54,265 nt of DNA from IMG/VR virus record IMGVR_UViG_3300044471_000002, positions 1 to 54,265 of that record. One strand, written 5' to 3'. Both the position numbers and the translations under genes were made by a program. The first letter of the stretch is position 1. Each line of letters begins with the position of its first letter. The notes beneath the pieces were generated by a model. The model saw nothing but the letters and a program-made list of their open reading frames with translations, ran no database searches and had not been told where the DNA came from. Origin of the DNA: a virus (Duplodnaviria; Caudoviricetes). Below, piece after piece: positions 1 to 8,840 of the stretch.

Positions 1-127
1 TGGGGTGGGGGCGGGGGCTCGAGCAGGCGCCCGTAAGGTCGTAGACGCTAACGCTCATAACCCTAGCGCCAGGTTACCCGCAATCATAGCGTGGAACCCT
101 GCGGGCGGTGTGGTCAACCCGGCTGGC
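1..127. repeat. Terminal direct repeat copy 1 (circular assembly overlap)
   Basis: 1-127 is identical to 54139-54265; 127 is a common assembler k-mer; terL reads in frame across the junction. Confidence 0.95.
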
Positions 128-517
128 TGCATCCACACAGGTAAGACCGGCCCAGACATCGAGCGCCGCAACCGCGATCACTACCAGAACGCCAACTCCC
201 AGGCTTGGTGGGCGCTGCGCGAGCGGTTCCGTCGCACGTATGAGGCCGTCACTACCGGCGTGGTTGAAGACCCTGACGAGCTTATCTCGCTGCCAGCTGG
301 CTGCACGGAGCTGATGGCCGAGTTGAGCCAGCCGGTGTGGGGAACTAACGGCGCGGGGAAAATCACAGTCGATAAGCAGCCCAAGGGCACCAAGTCGCCA
401 AACTTGGCCGACGCGGTGAAGATTTGCTACGCGCCGGTTCGGCCAGACGTGCAGGCCCCCGGGGTGGGCGTTGGCATGCCTGGCAGCGCTGCGGGAATAA
501 TTGTCGGGGTGGCTTGA
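1..517 (+). CDS. terL: Terminase large subunit, C-terminal part (continues from 52949 across the junction)
   Basis: Same frame as the ORF from 52949 after removing the overlap; nuclease-domain motifs AQ/SQAWWALRERF and KSPNLADAV. Confidence 0.93.
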   Translation, partial: GVGAGARAGARKVVDANAHNPSARLPAIIAWNPAGGVVNPAGCIHTGKTGPDIERRNRDHYQNANSQAWWALRERFRRTYEAVTTGVVEDPDELISLPAGCTELMAELSQPVWGTNGAGKITVDKQPKGTKSPNLADAVKICYAPVRPDVQAPGVGVGMPGSAAGIIVGVA

Positions 518-570
518 CAGGGAGAGGAGATATAATTATCTTAAATACGTGGGCCGCATCAGGTGGACCG
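514..570 (+). promoter_or_regulatory. Sigma70 promoter with ATAATTAT palindrome and downstream GC hairpin
   Basis: TTGACA(514)-17 nt-TATCTT(537); near-identical modules at 8764, 44353 and 49100. Confidence 0.8.
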
Positions 571-586
571 TTGAGAGGATATTGAG

Positions 587-805
587 ATGGCTAAACAGTA
601 CGTAATGACAGATTACACAGGCTGCAGGTACGTTACAGCCGGTAAGGTATATGAGCTTGCGTTCGATGAGAATAACGACGAGCTTGTAGTTGACGATGAG
701 GGTGACAAAATTATTATCGCGAGCCCAGTCTACCATGCGTCTTGCTTTCATCTAGAAGGTATCGGTCGCTGGTACTACGTAGGCGCAGAGGGTAATAAAT
801 TATGA
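587..805 (+). CDS. Small hypothetical protein (T-x-G-K-x-Y paralog family)
   Basis: GAGGA RBS; first gene after the promoter; shares a motif with 1158-1415 and 6372-6596. Confidence 0.8.
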   Translation: MAKQYVMTDYTGCRYVTAGKVYELAFDENNDELVVDDEGDKIIIASPVYHASCFHLEGIGRWYYVGAEGNKL

Positions 806-1161
806 GCCTCTATCTCGTAGAACTTCTCGTCCGTCTCGGCGTGGCGGTAATCGCCGACGGCACCATCAAGCCGCGCTGGTATGGTAGCGACCAAGCTAAG
901 GTGTGTAAGCGGGTGCAATGGCAGTGGCGTCATGGCCACTTCACCGGCATCCTGCGCCGCAAGGTCACGCCGACCAGCTACTACACCACACGGCGTCAAG
1001 TCACCGGCAGCAACTGGCAGCACAAGCAATACTGCCAAGGCAAGCTGGAAACTATGTGGCCGGAGATGGATGCCTTCGAGCGTAACGTCGTAAACCAACT
1101 CACAGTGGATAACTACCATCTCTACAAGCACCTCCCAATCGTTAAGAGGCTGTTAGCATGA
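802..1161 (+). CDS. Hypothetical protein
   Basis: 119-aa ORF with 4-nt overlaps to both neighbours. Confidence 0.75.
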   Translation: MSLYLVELLVRLGVAVIADGTIKPRWYGSDQAKVCKRVQWQWRHGHFTGILRRKVTPTSYYTTRRQVTGSNWQHKQYCQGKLETMWPEMDAFERNVVNQLTVDNYHLYKHLPIVKRLLA

Positions 1162-1415
1162 TTCGTAAAACCAAGAAAGGACCGCGCCGTCTGCGCCACG
1201 TCACGGTTATTAGAAATGTGACCGCAGTGAGCACTAATAAAACAGACCAATACGGTATCACGGCTGGAAAGATGTACCGAGTGGAGAATGGAGACGGTTT
1301 TAGTAGCGGGTGGGTGACCTTTGATAACGGTCAAGACGGTTTTATCCTCTATTCTGGCTGCGCCCATCTCGCCGGCGGCGACTGGAACGTCGAATACATC
1401 AAGGAGCGTTTGTGA
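1158..1415 (+). CDS. Small hypothetical protein (T-x-G-K-x-Y paralog family)
   Basis: Coupled ORF; GITAGKMYRV...CAHLAGGDW. Confidence 0.75.
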   Translation: MIRKTKKGPRRLRHVTVIRNVTAVSTNKTDQYGITAGKMYRVENGDGFSSGWVTFDNGQDGFILYSGCAHLAGGDWNVEYIKERL

Positions 1416-1915
1416 TGACCACACTTTACGTCAAGAAACTCACGCCGATGGCCACTCTGCCAGCCAAAGCTACGCGTTTGGCAGCCGCCATGGATATCCG
1501 TGCCTGCCTGCACACCGAGACCGTCAAGGTCTTCACGCAGCACGGCGAGATGTGGGCGCACGTGACGCACGGCACGCTGTCTCTGCAACCGGGCGATCGC
1601 GCACTCGTACCGACCGGCCTTGCCATGCGCCCCGCACCCGGCTACTGCATTAAAATGTATCCTCGGAGCGGCTTGTCGCTCAAGAAGGGCCTCACGCTTA
1701 TCAACTGCGTGGGCGTGGGTGACGAGGACTACTCGCTCGGGTACCACATCACGCTAGTCAACCACAGCCGAGAAGTTCAAGCCATCGCTGACGGCGAGCG
1801 CCTGTGCCAGATGATGGTTGAGCGTGTCGAACCGGTCGAGCTGGTAGAGTGCGACGAGCTGCCAGACGTGGAGTCTGACCGGCTGGGCGGGTTTGGGAGT
1901 AGTGGGTCGGTATAG
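1412..1915 (+). CDS. dut: Trimeric dUTPase
   Basis: Motifs AAMD, VPTGL, PRSGLS, GVGDEDY, GERLCQ, RLGGFGSSG; AAGGAG RBS. Confidence 0.95.
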   Translation: MMTTLYVKKLTPMATLPAKATRLAAAMDIRACLHTETVKVFTQHGEMWAHVTHGTLSLQPGDRALVPTGLAMRPAPGYCIKMYPRSGLSLKKGLTLINCVGVGDEDYSLGYHITLVNHSREVQAIADGERLCQMMVERVEPVELVECDELPDVESDRLGGFGSSGSV

Positions 1916-1916
1916 C

Positions 1917-2087
1917 ATGCACCTAGCTACCCTAATTAGCGGGCGCACCGTCGCCCGCAAGACCATCGAGGTCGAGCCGAGCCTTATGGAGCTCGTAGAG
2001 CGCATCGCTGCCGATAAGTCCTGCTCGGTCAATACTGCCATCCAAACCCTGCTGCTGCGTGCGGTGAGTAGCCCCGAGCTCGATTAG
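1917..2087 (+). CDS. Small putative DNA-binding protein (ribbon-helix-helix-like)
   Basis: RKTIEV strand followed by two helices (LMELVERIAADK, SVNTAIQTLL). Confidence 0.5.
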   Translation: MHLATLISGRTVARKTIEVEPSLMELVERIAADKSCSVNTAIQTLLLRAVSSPELD

Positions 2088-2128
2088 TGTGCGATAATAG
2101 CCAGCACGACACTACAGGAGTGCTGGCT

Positions 2129-2701
2129 ATGAGATATGAGGGCTTCCTCTGGGAGTTTTTCGACAAGGTACGTCGCGGCACTAACGCTGTGGTGTTCCAG
2201 AACTACACAGAGGCGAACGTCAAGAACGGGCTGCAATTCTACGTCCGGCAAGAGTGGACTGGAGTGGCGGTGGCCGCGACGGTCAACTTGCGGTTCACCA
2301 CTGGCGCCAAGCCGGTCATCATCAAGAGCCGGGAAGTAACCTTTAACGGCTCGTCCAAGGTCATCTACTCGGCGTTTGAAGGCACCTCCGCGACTGGCGG
2401 AACTGCTATAACCGTGCGGAACGAGAACATGATCGCCCCAGTAGCCACCACGGTATCTATCTCCCACACGGTCACGCCAGGCACTCTGCCAGCAGCTTTC
2501 CGCATCAAGAGCATTTACGGCTCGGGCAGCACGCAGGGCGGCGGGTCGCGTATCGGCACCGACGTGCTGGGCCGAGAGACCATACTCAAGCCGAACACTC
2601 AGTACCTCGTGACGCTTCGTAATGACTCAGGCTCTACTGGGGACATCCAGCTCGAGCTGTCATGGTATGAAGGCACACCAGATTTACCAGTAACCCCATA
2701 A
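2129..2701 (+). CDS. Putative virion structural protein
   Basis: AGGAG RBS; beta-rich Thr/Gly/Ser composition; QNYTEANVKNG segment; located upstream of the portal gene. Confidence 0.55.
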   Translation: MRYEGFLWEFFDKVRRGTNAVVFQNYTEANVKNGLQFYVRQEWTGVAVAATVNLRFTTGAKPVIIKSREVTFNGSSKVIYSAFEGTSATGGTAITVRNENMIAPVATTVSISHTVTPGTLPAAFRIKSIYGSGSTQGGGSRIGTDVLGRETILKPNTQYLVTLRNDSGSTGDIQLELSWYEGTPDLPVTP

Positions 2702-2714
2702 ACTAGGAGGGCCT

Positions 2715-2936
2715 ATGGCCTCTTTTGAAGTACGTAACGACCTGATGATTTTGCTCGGCGACAACATGACCGCCTTCAAGGTCGCTATCGGCTGGGTTGA
2801 TAGCCCTGAAAAGCTAACCGTGTTCTCCCGCGAGTATGGCAAGACCGACATGTCCAAGTTGCCAGAGCAGCGAGCCGCCATGGCGCTCACCACGGCTGGC
2901 AAACTCTGGGATGAGTGCTACGCGCAAGCCGACTAG
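2715..2936 (+). CDS. Hypothetical protein
   Basis: Strong AGGAGG RBS, 73 aa. Confidence 0.8.
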   Translation: MASFEVRNDLMILLGDNMTAFKVAIGWVDSPEKLTVFSREYGKTDMSKLPEQRAAMALTTAGKLWDECYAQAD

Positions 2937-2964
2937 CCCACAATCCGACCAAGCCCATGGCGCC

Positions 2965-2990
2965 AAGCCCGCCTAGTGCGGGCTTTTTAT
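2965..2990 (+). terminator. Rho-independent terminator
   Basis: AAGCCCGC-CTAGT-GCGGGCTT followed by a T-tract. Confidence 0.85.
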
Positions 2991-3040
2991 TGCCTCTTGC
3001 GGTATTATATGGGCAAACACTCACAATGAGGCTCGCCCGC

Positions 3041-4372
3041 ATGGCCGACCAACAAGACAAGCCGATCGCATCACTGAGCTATGCCCGCGCAGGCAACGGC
3101 GGGCGTACCACTGTTGACGACGACTACAACCCAGACCTACGCGGCAGCAAGGGTCGCCGCACGATTGCCAAGATGCTCAACAGCTCCACGGTTGGCGGGG
3201 CGATGACGTGCATCACCAATATCTTCAAGACCACAGACTTTCACGTTGACTCCGCCCAAGGCGTGACTGACCCAGACCTCGCCGACGAGCTGGCAAAGTG
3301 GGTCTATCAGACGCTCACCACCATGGGCGACCCAACCTATCCGCTGTCGGCCACTTGGGTTGACTTCCTTGACCAGCTGGCCAGCGCCTTGCCGTACGGC
3401 TGGGCCTTTGTGGACATCACCCGCAAAACTCAAGCAGACGGCACGATTGGTATCGGGCAGGTAGTGCAGGTGCACCCCGACACGCTGGCCGACTGGCTGA
3501 CCGACGAGACTGGCCGCGTGCGTGGCATCATCCAGTACCCGCCAACCGGCCAAGCGCAAGTATCAGTGCCCAGCGAGCGGGCCGTGCATTTCGTCCCTAT
3601 CCAGTACAAAGGCAGTCCGGAAGGCCGGTCTCTCCTGCGTGCAGGCTATGACGACTGGTACTACTCCAGCAAGCTCAAGGAGTTTCGGGCCATCCTGGCA
3701 GAGCGCATGTCGGGCTTCCCGGTCGTGACGGCAAACGCAGACATCAAGATGCTGGCCAGCGACACGACGCTGCCGGAAGAGACCCGTGCCAAGTACGCCG
3801 AGATGGTGCGGGAGATTGAGAGCATCGCGCCCAAAATCAAGGTGAACCAGCAGGCCGGGGCAACGTTGTGGTCAAAGCCGTATGAAAACCTGACTAGCGA
3901 GGGCGAGCGGTCCTTCACAAGCGTCCAGCAGCTGCAAGTCCAGTTGCTCACGCCAAGCGGCGGCACGGCGGTAGACTATGACCGCGCTATCCAAGACCAT
4001 GACATGGCGGTTTCGCGCTCAATGCTGCTGCAATTCCTGTTCATGGGTGGCTCTGGTACCTCCGGCGCCCAGAATGCCATGGGCGACATGGTCGAGGTGT
4101 TCGAGAAGGCCGCCGAAGCGTGGCTCTGCTCGCTGTATAACTGCCTGGAGCGGCAATTACTGCCGATGCTGTGGCGGTGGAACGGCTACGACCCGGCCTA
4201 CATGCCCACGCTGCGCCACGGTGTCATCTCACGCGAGAGTCTGGACGCGCTCGGCCGCTACGTGCAGAGCCTGGCATCGGCCGGCATCCCGCTGACCGAC
4301 CCAGAGACCGAGGAGGAGCTTAGATTGCGTGGCAACCTGCCAGTCCCGTCGACGCTAGGCACTAAACTATGA
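3041..4372 (+). CDS. Portal protein
   Basis: ~443 aa; ALPYGWAFVDI and GSPEGRSLLRAGYDDWYY motifs typical of Mu gp29/DUF935-like portals; genomic position. Confidence 0.88.
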   Translation: MADQQDKPIASLSYARAGNGGRTTVDDDYNPDLRGSKGRRTIAKMLNSSTVGGAMTCITNIFKTTDFHVDSAQGVTDPDLADELAKWVYQTLTTMGDPTYPLSATWVDFLDQLASALPYGWAFVDITRKTQADGTIGIGQVVQVHPDTLADWLTDETGRVRGIIQYPPTGQAQVSVPSERAVHFVPIQYKGSPEGRSLLRAGYDDWYYSSKLKEFRAILAERMSGFPVVTANADIKMLASDTTLPEETRAKYAEMVREIESIAPKIKVNQQAGATLWSKPYENLTSEGERSFTSVQQLQVQLLTPSGGTAVDYDRAIQDHDMAVSRSMLLQFLFMGGSGTSGAQNAMGDMVEVFEKAAEAWLCSLYNCLERQLLPMLWRWNGYDPAYMPTLRHGVISRESLDALGRYVQSLASAGIPLTDPETEEELRLRGNLPVPSTLGTKL

Positions 4373-4376
4373 GACA

Positions 4377-4441
4377 AGGCGGCCACTGAGCCGCCTTAAT
4401 TATAATTATCTCTTGACTGCTGGAAGAATGGCCGCTAAATT
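4377..4441 (+). promoter_or_regulatory. Hairpin followed by ATAATTAT box and sigma70 promoter
   Basis: AAGGCGGC/GCCGCCTT stem; ATAATTAT 4402-4409; TTGACT(4413)-17-TAAATT(4436). Confidence 0.7.
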
Positions 4442-4471
4442 TAGGGTATTCACAACACAGGAGGTACGTAG

Positions 4472-4957
4472 ATGAGCGTTAAAATTGAGATGGATAACGC
4501 GATGAATGAAGCGGGTTGGGCATTCATCAATGCAGCGCAAGCTCGCGGAGTGGAAGTGGGTGGCAAACTGTGGAACAACTGCAAACCCATGTTGGTGGAA
4601 GCCATCGCCGTATGGGTTGAGAAAGGCGGCAAGTGCGCCCCAGCCACACCATCCATACCCGCCTCCCCCACCACAGCCCCAAGCATCCTGGAAGCCGCCG
4701 CGGGCCACATGCGTGATCGCGCCGCCACCTACGACAAGCCGGAAGGAGAGCGCAGCATGGGCGCAACCGTGCAGGCATTCAAAGCCATCACCGGCCACGA
4801 GCTGACAGAAGAGCAGGGCTGGCTGTTCATGATCTGTTTGAAGCTAGTGCGTGGTGTTAGCGATAAAACGTTAGATTCTCAAGAGGATTTAGTGGCATGC
4901 TGTGCACTAATGGGTGAATGTGTGGCGAGAGAAAGGAATGCGAAAGCGAGCTTATAA
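4472..4957 (+). CDS. DUF6378-like phage protein
   Basis: ILEAAAGHMRDRAATYDKPEGERSM...GWLFMICLKLVR...DSQEDLVA pattern; GGAGG RBS. Confidence 0.75.
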   Translation: MSVKIEMDNAMNEAGWAFINAAQARGVEVGGKLWNNCKPMLVEAIAVWVEKGGKCAPATPSIPASPTTAPSILEAAAGHMRDRAATYDKPEGERSMGATVQAFKAITGHELTEEQGWLFMICLKLVRGVSDKTLDSQEDLVACCALMGECVARERNAKASL

Positions 4958-5657
4958 TTTCAAAGATTTAACGGGGGCTGTATTCACTAGATTGACAGTG
5001 CTCGGGATGGCTGAAGAGCGGTCAGCTCGTGGGGCTATAAAGTGGGTGTGCCTCTGCGAATGCGGGGAGATGAGAGAAGTGCTGGGAAGCAATCTAACTG
5101 GGTTGAAACAGAAGTCCTGCGGCTGCTTATCAAGAGAGATGGCCGCCAAAAGAGTCGAAGATTCAAGGACGTCTGACGAACACAAAAGAGAGTTAGATAG
5201 GGCCAGAAAGAGAAGGTACAACGCCAGCGATAAAGGTAGGGCGGCGCAGCAGAGGTACTTTGATAAAAATAAAGAAGCGGCGTACGCGAGAGCGTCCAAA
5301 TGGTCGAAGGATAATCCAGAGTCTGGTAGGGCCAGCGTACGCAACAGGAGGGCCAAAATAAAGTCTTCGGATGGACAACACACGGCAGCAGATATAGAAA
5401 GGATCGGATCAGAGCAAGGATGGAAGTGCGCGTTCTGTTTTAAGGACATATCGGGAGGCTACCATGTAGACCACGTGGTTCCTATATCGAAAGGCGGCAG
5501 CAACTCGGAGTGGAATCTCCATTTGACATGCCAAACATGTAACTTGAAGAAGGCAGCAAAGAGCATGAAAGTATTTCTTAAGCAGTCTAAGCCGTGGCTT
5601 TTTAATGTCGCTCTGGCAGGCGAGGCGGCCGCACGTGACCGTCAAGGAGGCCAGTGA
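4938..5657 (+). CDS. HNH homing endonuclease
   Basis: N-terminal DLTG..F.RLTV...CLCECG...SCGC; C-terminal CAFC...HVDHVVPISKGGSN..WNL..TC.TCN; AT-richer than flanks. Confidence 0.93.
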   Translation: MRKRAYNFKDLTGAVFTRLTVLGMAEERSARGAIKWVCLCECGEMREVLGSNLTGLKQKSCGCLSREMAAKRVEDSRTSDEHKRELDRARKRRYNASDKGRAAQQRYFDKNKEAAYARASKWSKDNPESGRASVRNRRAKIKSSDGQHTAADIERIGSEQGWKCAFCFKDISGGYHVDHVVPISKGGSNSEWNLHLTCQTCNLKKAAKSMKVFLKQSKPWLFNVALAGEAAARDRQGGQ

Positions 5658-5818
5658 TGGCAGACAGCAAGCCGGACTTCGGCAAGCGTTACGTGATAGA
5701 TGCACGTTACCGCGTGCCGATTAAAGAAGACCCGCAGCGCGTAGCTCGCCGCCGACGCATAGAGCAGCTGCTGGAAGAGCAACAAGCACGGAAGGAGGAT
5801 CCATTGTGCAGCGAGTAA
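5657..5818 (+). CDS. Small basic hypothetical protein (53 aa)
   Basis: AAGGAGG RBS; TGATG overlap; MADSKPDFGKRY...RRRRIEQLLEE (read by eye, below the ORF track cut-off). Confidence 0.7.
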   Translation: MADSKPDFGKRYVIDARYRVPIKEDPQRVARRRRIEQLLEEQQARKEDPLCSE

Positions 5819-6237
5819 TCCTAGAGTCCCCATATGCTGGCGGGTGCAAACCCTCCTATTACAAGACCTTCTGGTCTGATTGCAAAACCATCTGTGAGGT
5901 GCAGCTGAAGAGTGGCCACATCGGGCGAGGTAACTGCGAGACTGCAGCACTGGCATCCGCCATGGTTGCCCGTAACCGGGCGTACCTCGCCGAGTGCCTG
6001 CGCGACAGCCTGCTGCGCGGCGAGGCACCTTTTGCTAGTCACGCCATATACACCCAGGCGCTGGATGACACTGAGCGAGAGCTCGGCATCATGGCAGGCT
6101 TCGAGTGGGGTGATGCGGTAAACAAGGTGGTCGTCTATATCGACTTGGGTGTAAGCTCAGGTATGCGCCAAGGCATCGAGGCGGCACTGGCGCGAGGCGC
6201 TGACGTGGAGTATCGGAGGCTGCATGTGCGATGCTAA
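5806..6237 (+). CDS. DUF4406/nucleoside deoxyribosyltransferase-fold-like phage protein
   Basis: VILESPYAG...RGEAPFASHAIYTQ.LDD..ER.LGI.AG.EW...DLGVSSGM. Confidence 0.7.
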   Translation: MQRVILESPYAGGCKPSYYKTFWSDCKTICEVQLKSGHIGRGNCETAALASAMVARNRAYLAECLRDSLLRGEAPFASHAIYTQALDDTERELGIMAGFEWGDAVNKVVVYIDLGVSSGMRQGIEAALARGADVEYRRLHVRC

Positions 6238-6371
6238 ACGCTATGGGGACGAATATCACTGTCATAGATGTGGTCTGCAATGGCCCGTAACAGACCAAGA
6301 CCGGCCAGTTTGTAAGACCGGGTATCAAATTCACATGCCTATTATCAGGCAACTCATAGAGAGACATAGAG

Positions 6372-6596
6372 ATGAAAAGAGGCGATAAGGTTCGGTGCGT
6401 AAATCGTGGCATCAGCGATTACCTGACAGATGGTAAAGAGTACGAGGTTACAGCTGGGGCCGGAGATACAAGCATGTTCGGGGAGATTATTGAAGAAGAC
6501 TCCGAAGCTTTCGAGGTATTGAACGACGACAGCCTCACGATCTTTTGTTGCGGTCTTCTCAACTCCAGCCACGCCACTTGGGAGCTTGTCGAATGA
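6372..6596 (+). CDS. Small hypothetical protein (T-x-G-K-x-Y paralog family)
   Basis: YLTDGKEYEV motif; 74 aa. Confidence 0.75.
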   Translation: MKRGDKVRCVNRGISDYLTDGKEYEVTAGAGDTSMFGEIIEEDSEAFEVLNDDSLTIFCCGLLNSSHATWELVE

Positions 6597-6781
6597 CCCT
6601 ACAACAACTCATGGCCCGCGACGGCCTCACCGAACTGCAAGCCTCTCGGGCATTCCACGCGCAGAAAGAATGGGCGCTTGCCGAGGGCTACAAGGTGACG
6701 CGCACGGTGAAAGGCACCAAGGTGGTCGCCCAGGTTGTCAGCGCCATCAAGCCTAGCCGTTATAAGCATCAAGGAGCGTAA
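6593..6781 (+). CDS. Hypothetical protein
   Basis: ATGA overlap, GGAG RBS. Confidence 0.7.
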   Translation: MTLQQLMARDGLTELQASRAFHAQKEWALAEGYKVTRTVKGTKVVAQVVSAIKPSRYKHQGA

Positions 6782-6783
6782 GG

Positions 6784-7173
6784 ATGACAATACACACCGA
6801 GCAGAGCGTCACCGGCTGGAAGGCTACCAGCACCACTTATCCACGCGTCTACGGCGAAGGCGACACGGAGCAAGCCGCCGTCGAGGACTTAAACTGGCAG
6901 ATCCTGGACGACCAAGACGAGCGCCTACGCATTAACATCGCCAAGGGTCTGGCAGACGGGGCTATGCGTATCGCTACTAGCGTTGCCATCTGCCTGCTGC
7001 TACTGTGGGCCGTCGGCAAGATTTGGCCGGCTGACTATGACGCCACGGATGCTGGTGACGGCGAGCGTAGTGGCATGCGGCTCTACACCGACGCCCAGAC
7101 GGGCTGCCAGTATTTGGGCAGCTCACTGACTCCGAGACTGTCAGCAACGGGAGAACATATTTGTGAACGTTAA
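6784..7173 (+). CDS. Membrane protein with DUF6440-like C-terminus
   Basis: One TM helix followed by SGMRLYTDAQTGCQYL...LTPRL. Confidence 0.7.
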   Translation: MTIHTEQSVTGWKATSTTYPRVYGEGDTEQAAVEDLNWQILDDQDERLRINIAKGLADGAMRIATSVAICLLLLWAVGKIWPADYDATDAGDGERSGMRLYTDAQTGCQYLGSSLTPRLSATGEHICER

Positions 7174-7558
7174 AACGAGTGAACTGACAGGAGCCGCTCT
7201 TGATTGGGCCGTTCAGATGGCAGTGTGGAAAACTGGTGGGTTTGTGCGCACCGAGACCGTGGAAGCGCTGCGTGAAGGTGCTATCGCAGTCAGCCGTGAG
7301 AAAGCGTACTCCTCCAATTGGATTCACGGTGGCCCACTCGCCGACGAATTCAGCGTCGATTTCAACACGCAGGGTGTGGATGAAGACGGGGGCCAGCTTA
7401 TAGAGGCGACCGTGCAAGACTTCGAGTCCATGCAGTGCTGGGCGGCCGAAGGCGATACGCGCCTGCAGGCCATGTGCCGCGCCATTGTGCTGTCTAAGCT
7501 CGGCGACGAGGTAGATGTGCCAGCGGAGCTGCTGGCAGCAACGGGAGAGCGTGTATGA
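7163..7558 (+). CDS. NinX/DUF2591-family protein
   Basis: VKTSELTGAALDWAV...YSSNW..GGPL...AMCRAIV..KLGDEVDVP. Confidence 0.8.
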   Translation: MNVKTSELTGAALDWAVQMAVWKTGGFVRTETVEALREGAIAVSREKAYSSNWIHGGPLADEFSVDFNTQGVDEDGGQLIEATVQDFESMQCWAAEGDTRLQAMCRAIVLSKLGDEVDVPAELLAATGERV

Positions 7559-7797
7559 TGCCCATGACCTACTCTTGGGGGTCGTACGCCCGCAAGCAGC
7601 TAGTTAAAAAGATGCTTGTAGCGCTTCACCCCGGGTTTTGTTTTGTCCTGCACGACGGGTTCCGCTTCGAGCTTGAGGTGCGCCACGAGGAGACCGGTCT
7701 TTACGTGAGGTCGGCCGTCACCACGGGTGCTGTATTCAGGGAAGCCAAGAAGTACGTCAGAGAGCTTCAAGAGGAGCTGTGCTATCGTGGCTACTGA
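7555..7797 (+). CDS. Hypothetical protein
   Basis: Coupled ORF with GGAG RBS. Confidence 0.7.
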   Translation: MMPMTYSWGSYARKQLVKKMLVALHPGFCFVLHDGFRFELEVRHEETGLYVRSAVTTGAVFREAKKYVRELQEELCYRGY

Positions 7798-8737
7798 CCT
7801 CAACGCCAAATATGACCGTATCCTCCGCGAAGCACTAGACGACCTATGGGCACAGCTGCAGGGTTCTGTGAACATGGCGGCCATCGAGCGGCTATTAATC
7901 CAAGGCGACCTGCAAGGTGTGTTTGACATGCTGCGAGTCGTGGAGCCGGCGCTGTTCTATGTGCTGCAGCCCGTCATCGAGGATGCCATCATCGAGTCTG
8001 GCCGACTGGTTGCCGAGATACTGCCAGCCGGTGCGGTCGTGAGCCCTGTCATTGTAAGCCTCACAGACCCCCGCGCTGCGGCGTACGTCCAGCGCTACGT
8101 GGCAGATCGCGTTGTCGAGATAAGCACCGAGACAGTGGAGGCTGTGCGCCAGGCGGTGCTGTTCGGCGTGAATACCGGCCGCCCGCCAGCCGCCGTGGCG
8201 CGTGACTTCAAATCCACAATAGGCCTCAACACCAAGCAGGAGATGGCGGTGCGTAACTTCCGCACGGCGCTTGAGACTGACCCCGCCAAGGCTATGGGAT
8301 ACGAGCTGCGCGACAAGCGATACGACGGGCTGCTCGAGGCCGACAAGCCACTGAACACCAAGCAGATTGACGACATGGTCACACGCTACAGGGCGGGGCA
8401 GCTTCGGTACCGTACCGAGGCGATCGCCCGCACCGAGAGCATGACAGCTATCAGCGTCGGGCAAGAGGAGGCTATCCGCCAAGGCGTCAACAGCGGCGCT
8501 ATCCAGACAGTTAATAAGGATGGGCGAGAGCTTAGGGGGTTTTGGGTAGCTACCCATGACTCGAGGACGAGACACGCTCACCTAGCCATCCCAGGCATGA
8601 ACCCAAAAGGCGTGCCGATCGGGGTGGCCTTCAAGACCCCACTCGGGCCAATGATGATGCCACGCGACCCAGACGGCACGGCGGCAAATACTATCCAGTG
8701 CAGGTGCCGGAAGCGCTGGTCTTGGGTAACCGTGTAA
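7787..8737 (+). CDS. Head morphogenesis protein (Mu gpF / SPP1 gp7-like)
   Basis: R.EAIARTES, W.ATHDSRTRHAH, PRDP......TIQCRC; GAGGAG RBS before GTG 7787. Confidence 0.9.
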   Translation: MATDLNAKYDRILREALDDLWAQLQGSVNMAAIERLLIQGDLQGVFDMLRVVEPALFYVLQPVIEDAIIESGRLVAEILPAGAVVSPVIVSLTDPRAAAYVQRYVADRVVEISTETVEAVRQAVLFGVNTGRPPAAVARDFKSTIGLNTKQEMAVRNFRTALETDPAKAMGYELRDKRYDGLLEADKPLNTKQIDDMVTRYRAGQLRYRTEAIARTESMTAISVGQEEAIRQGVNSGAIQTVNKDGRELRGFWVATHDSRTRHAHLAIPGMNPKGVPIGVAFKTPLGPMMMPRDPDGTAANTIQCRCRKRWSWVTV

Positions 8738-8740
8738 ATA

Positions 8741-8765
8741 AGAGCCTCGCAGACGCGGGGCTCTT
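8741..8765 (+). terminator. Terminator hairpin (identical to the one after the primase gene)
   Basis: AGAGCCTCGC-AGAC-GCGGGGCTCT. Confidence 0.75.
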
Positions 8766-8820
8766 GACTATTTGATGAGATATAATTATCTTAAAGGTGT
8801 GGGCCGCATTGGGTGGCTCA
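8764..8820 (+). promoter_or_regulatory. Sigma70 promoter, ATAATTAT box and GC hairpin
   Basis: TTGACT(8764)-17-TATCTT(8787); GGGCCGCATTGGGTGGCTC. Confidence 0.8.
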
Positions 8821-8840
8821 CATACACAGAGGGTTAGAAT

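Noticed and set aside
6238-6371. Gap between accessory genes as a regulatory RNA
   Set aside because: No convincing promoter or stable structure; may hold a tiny ORF or gene remnant
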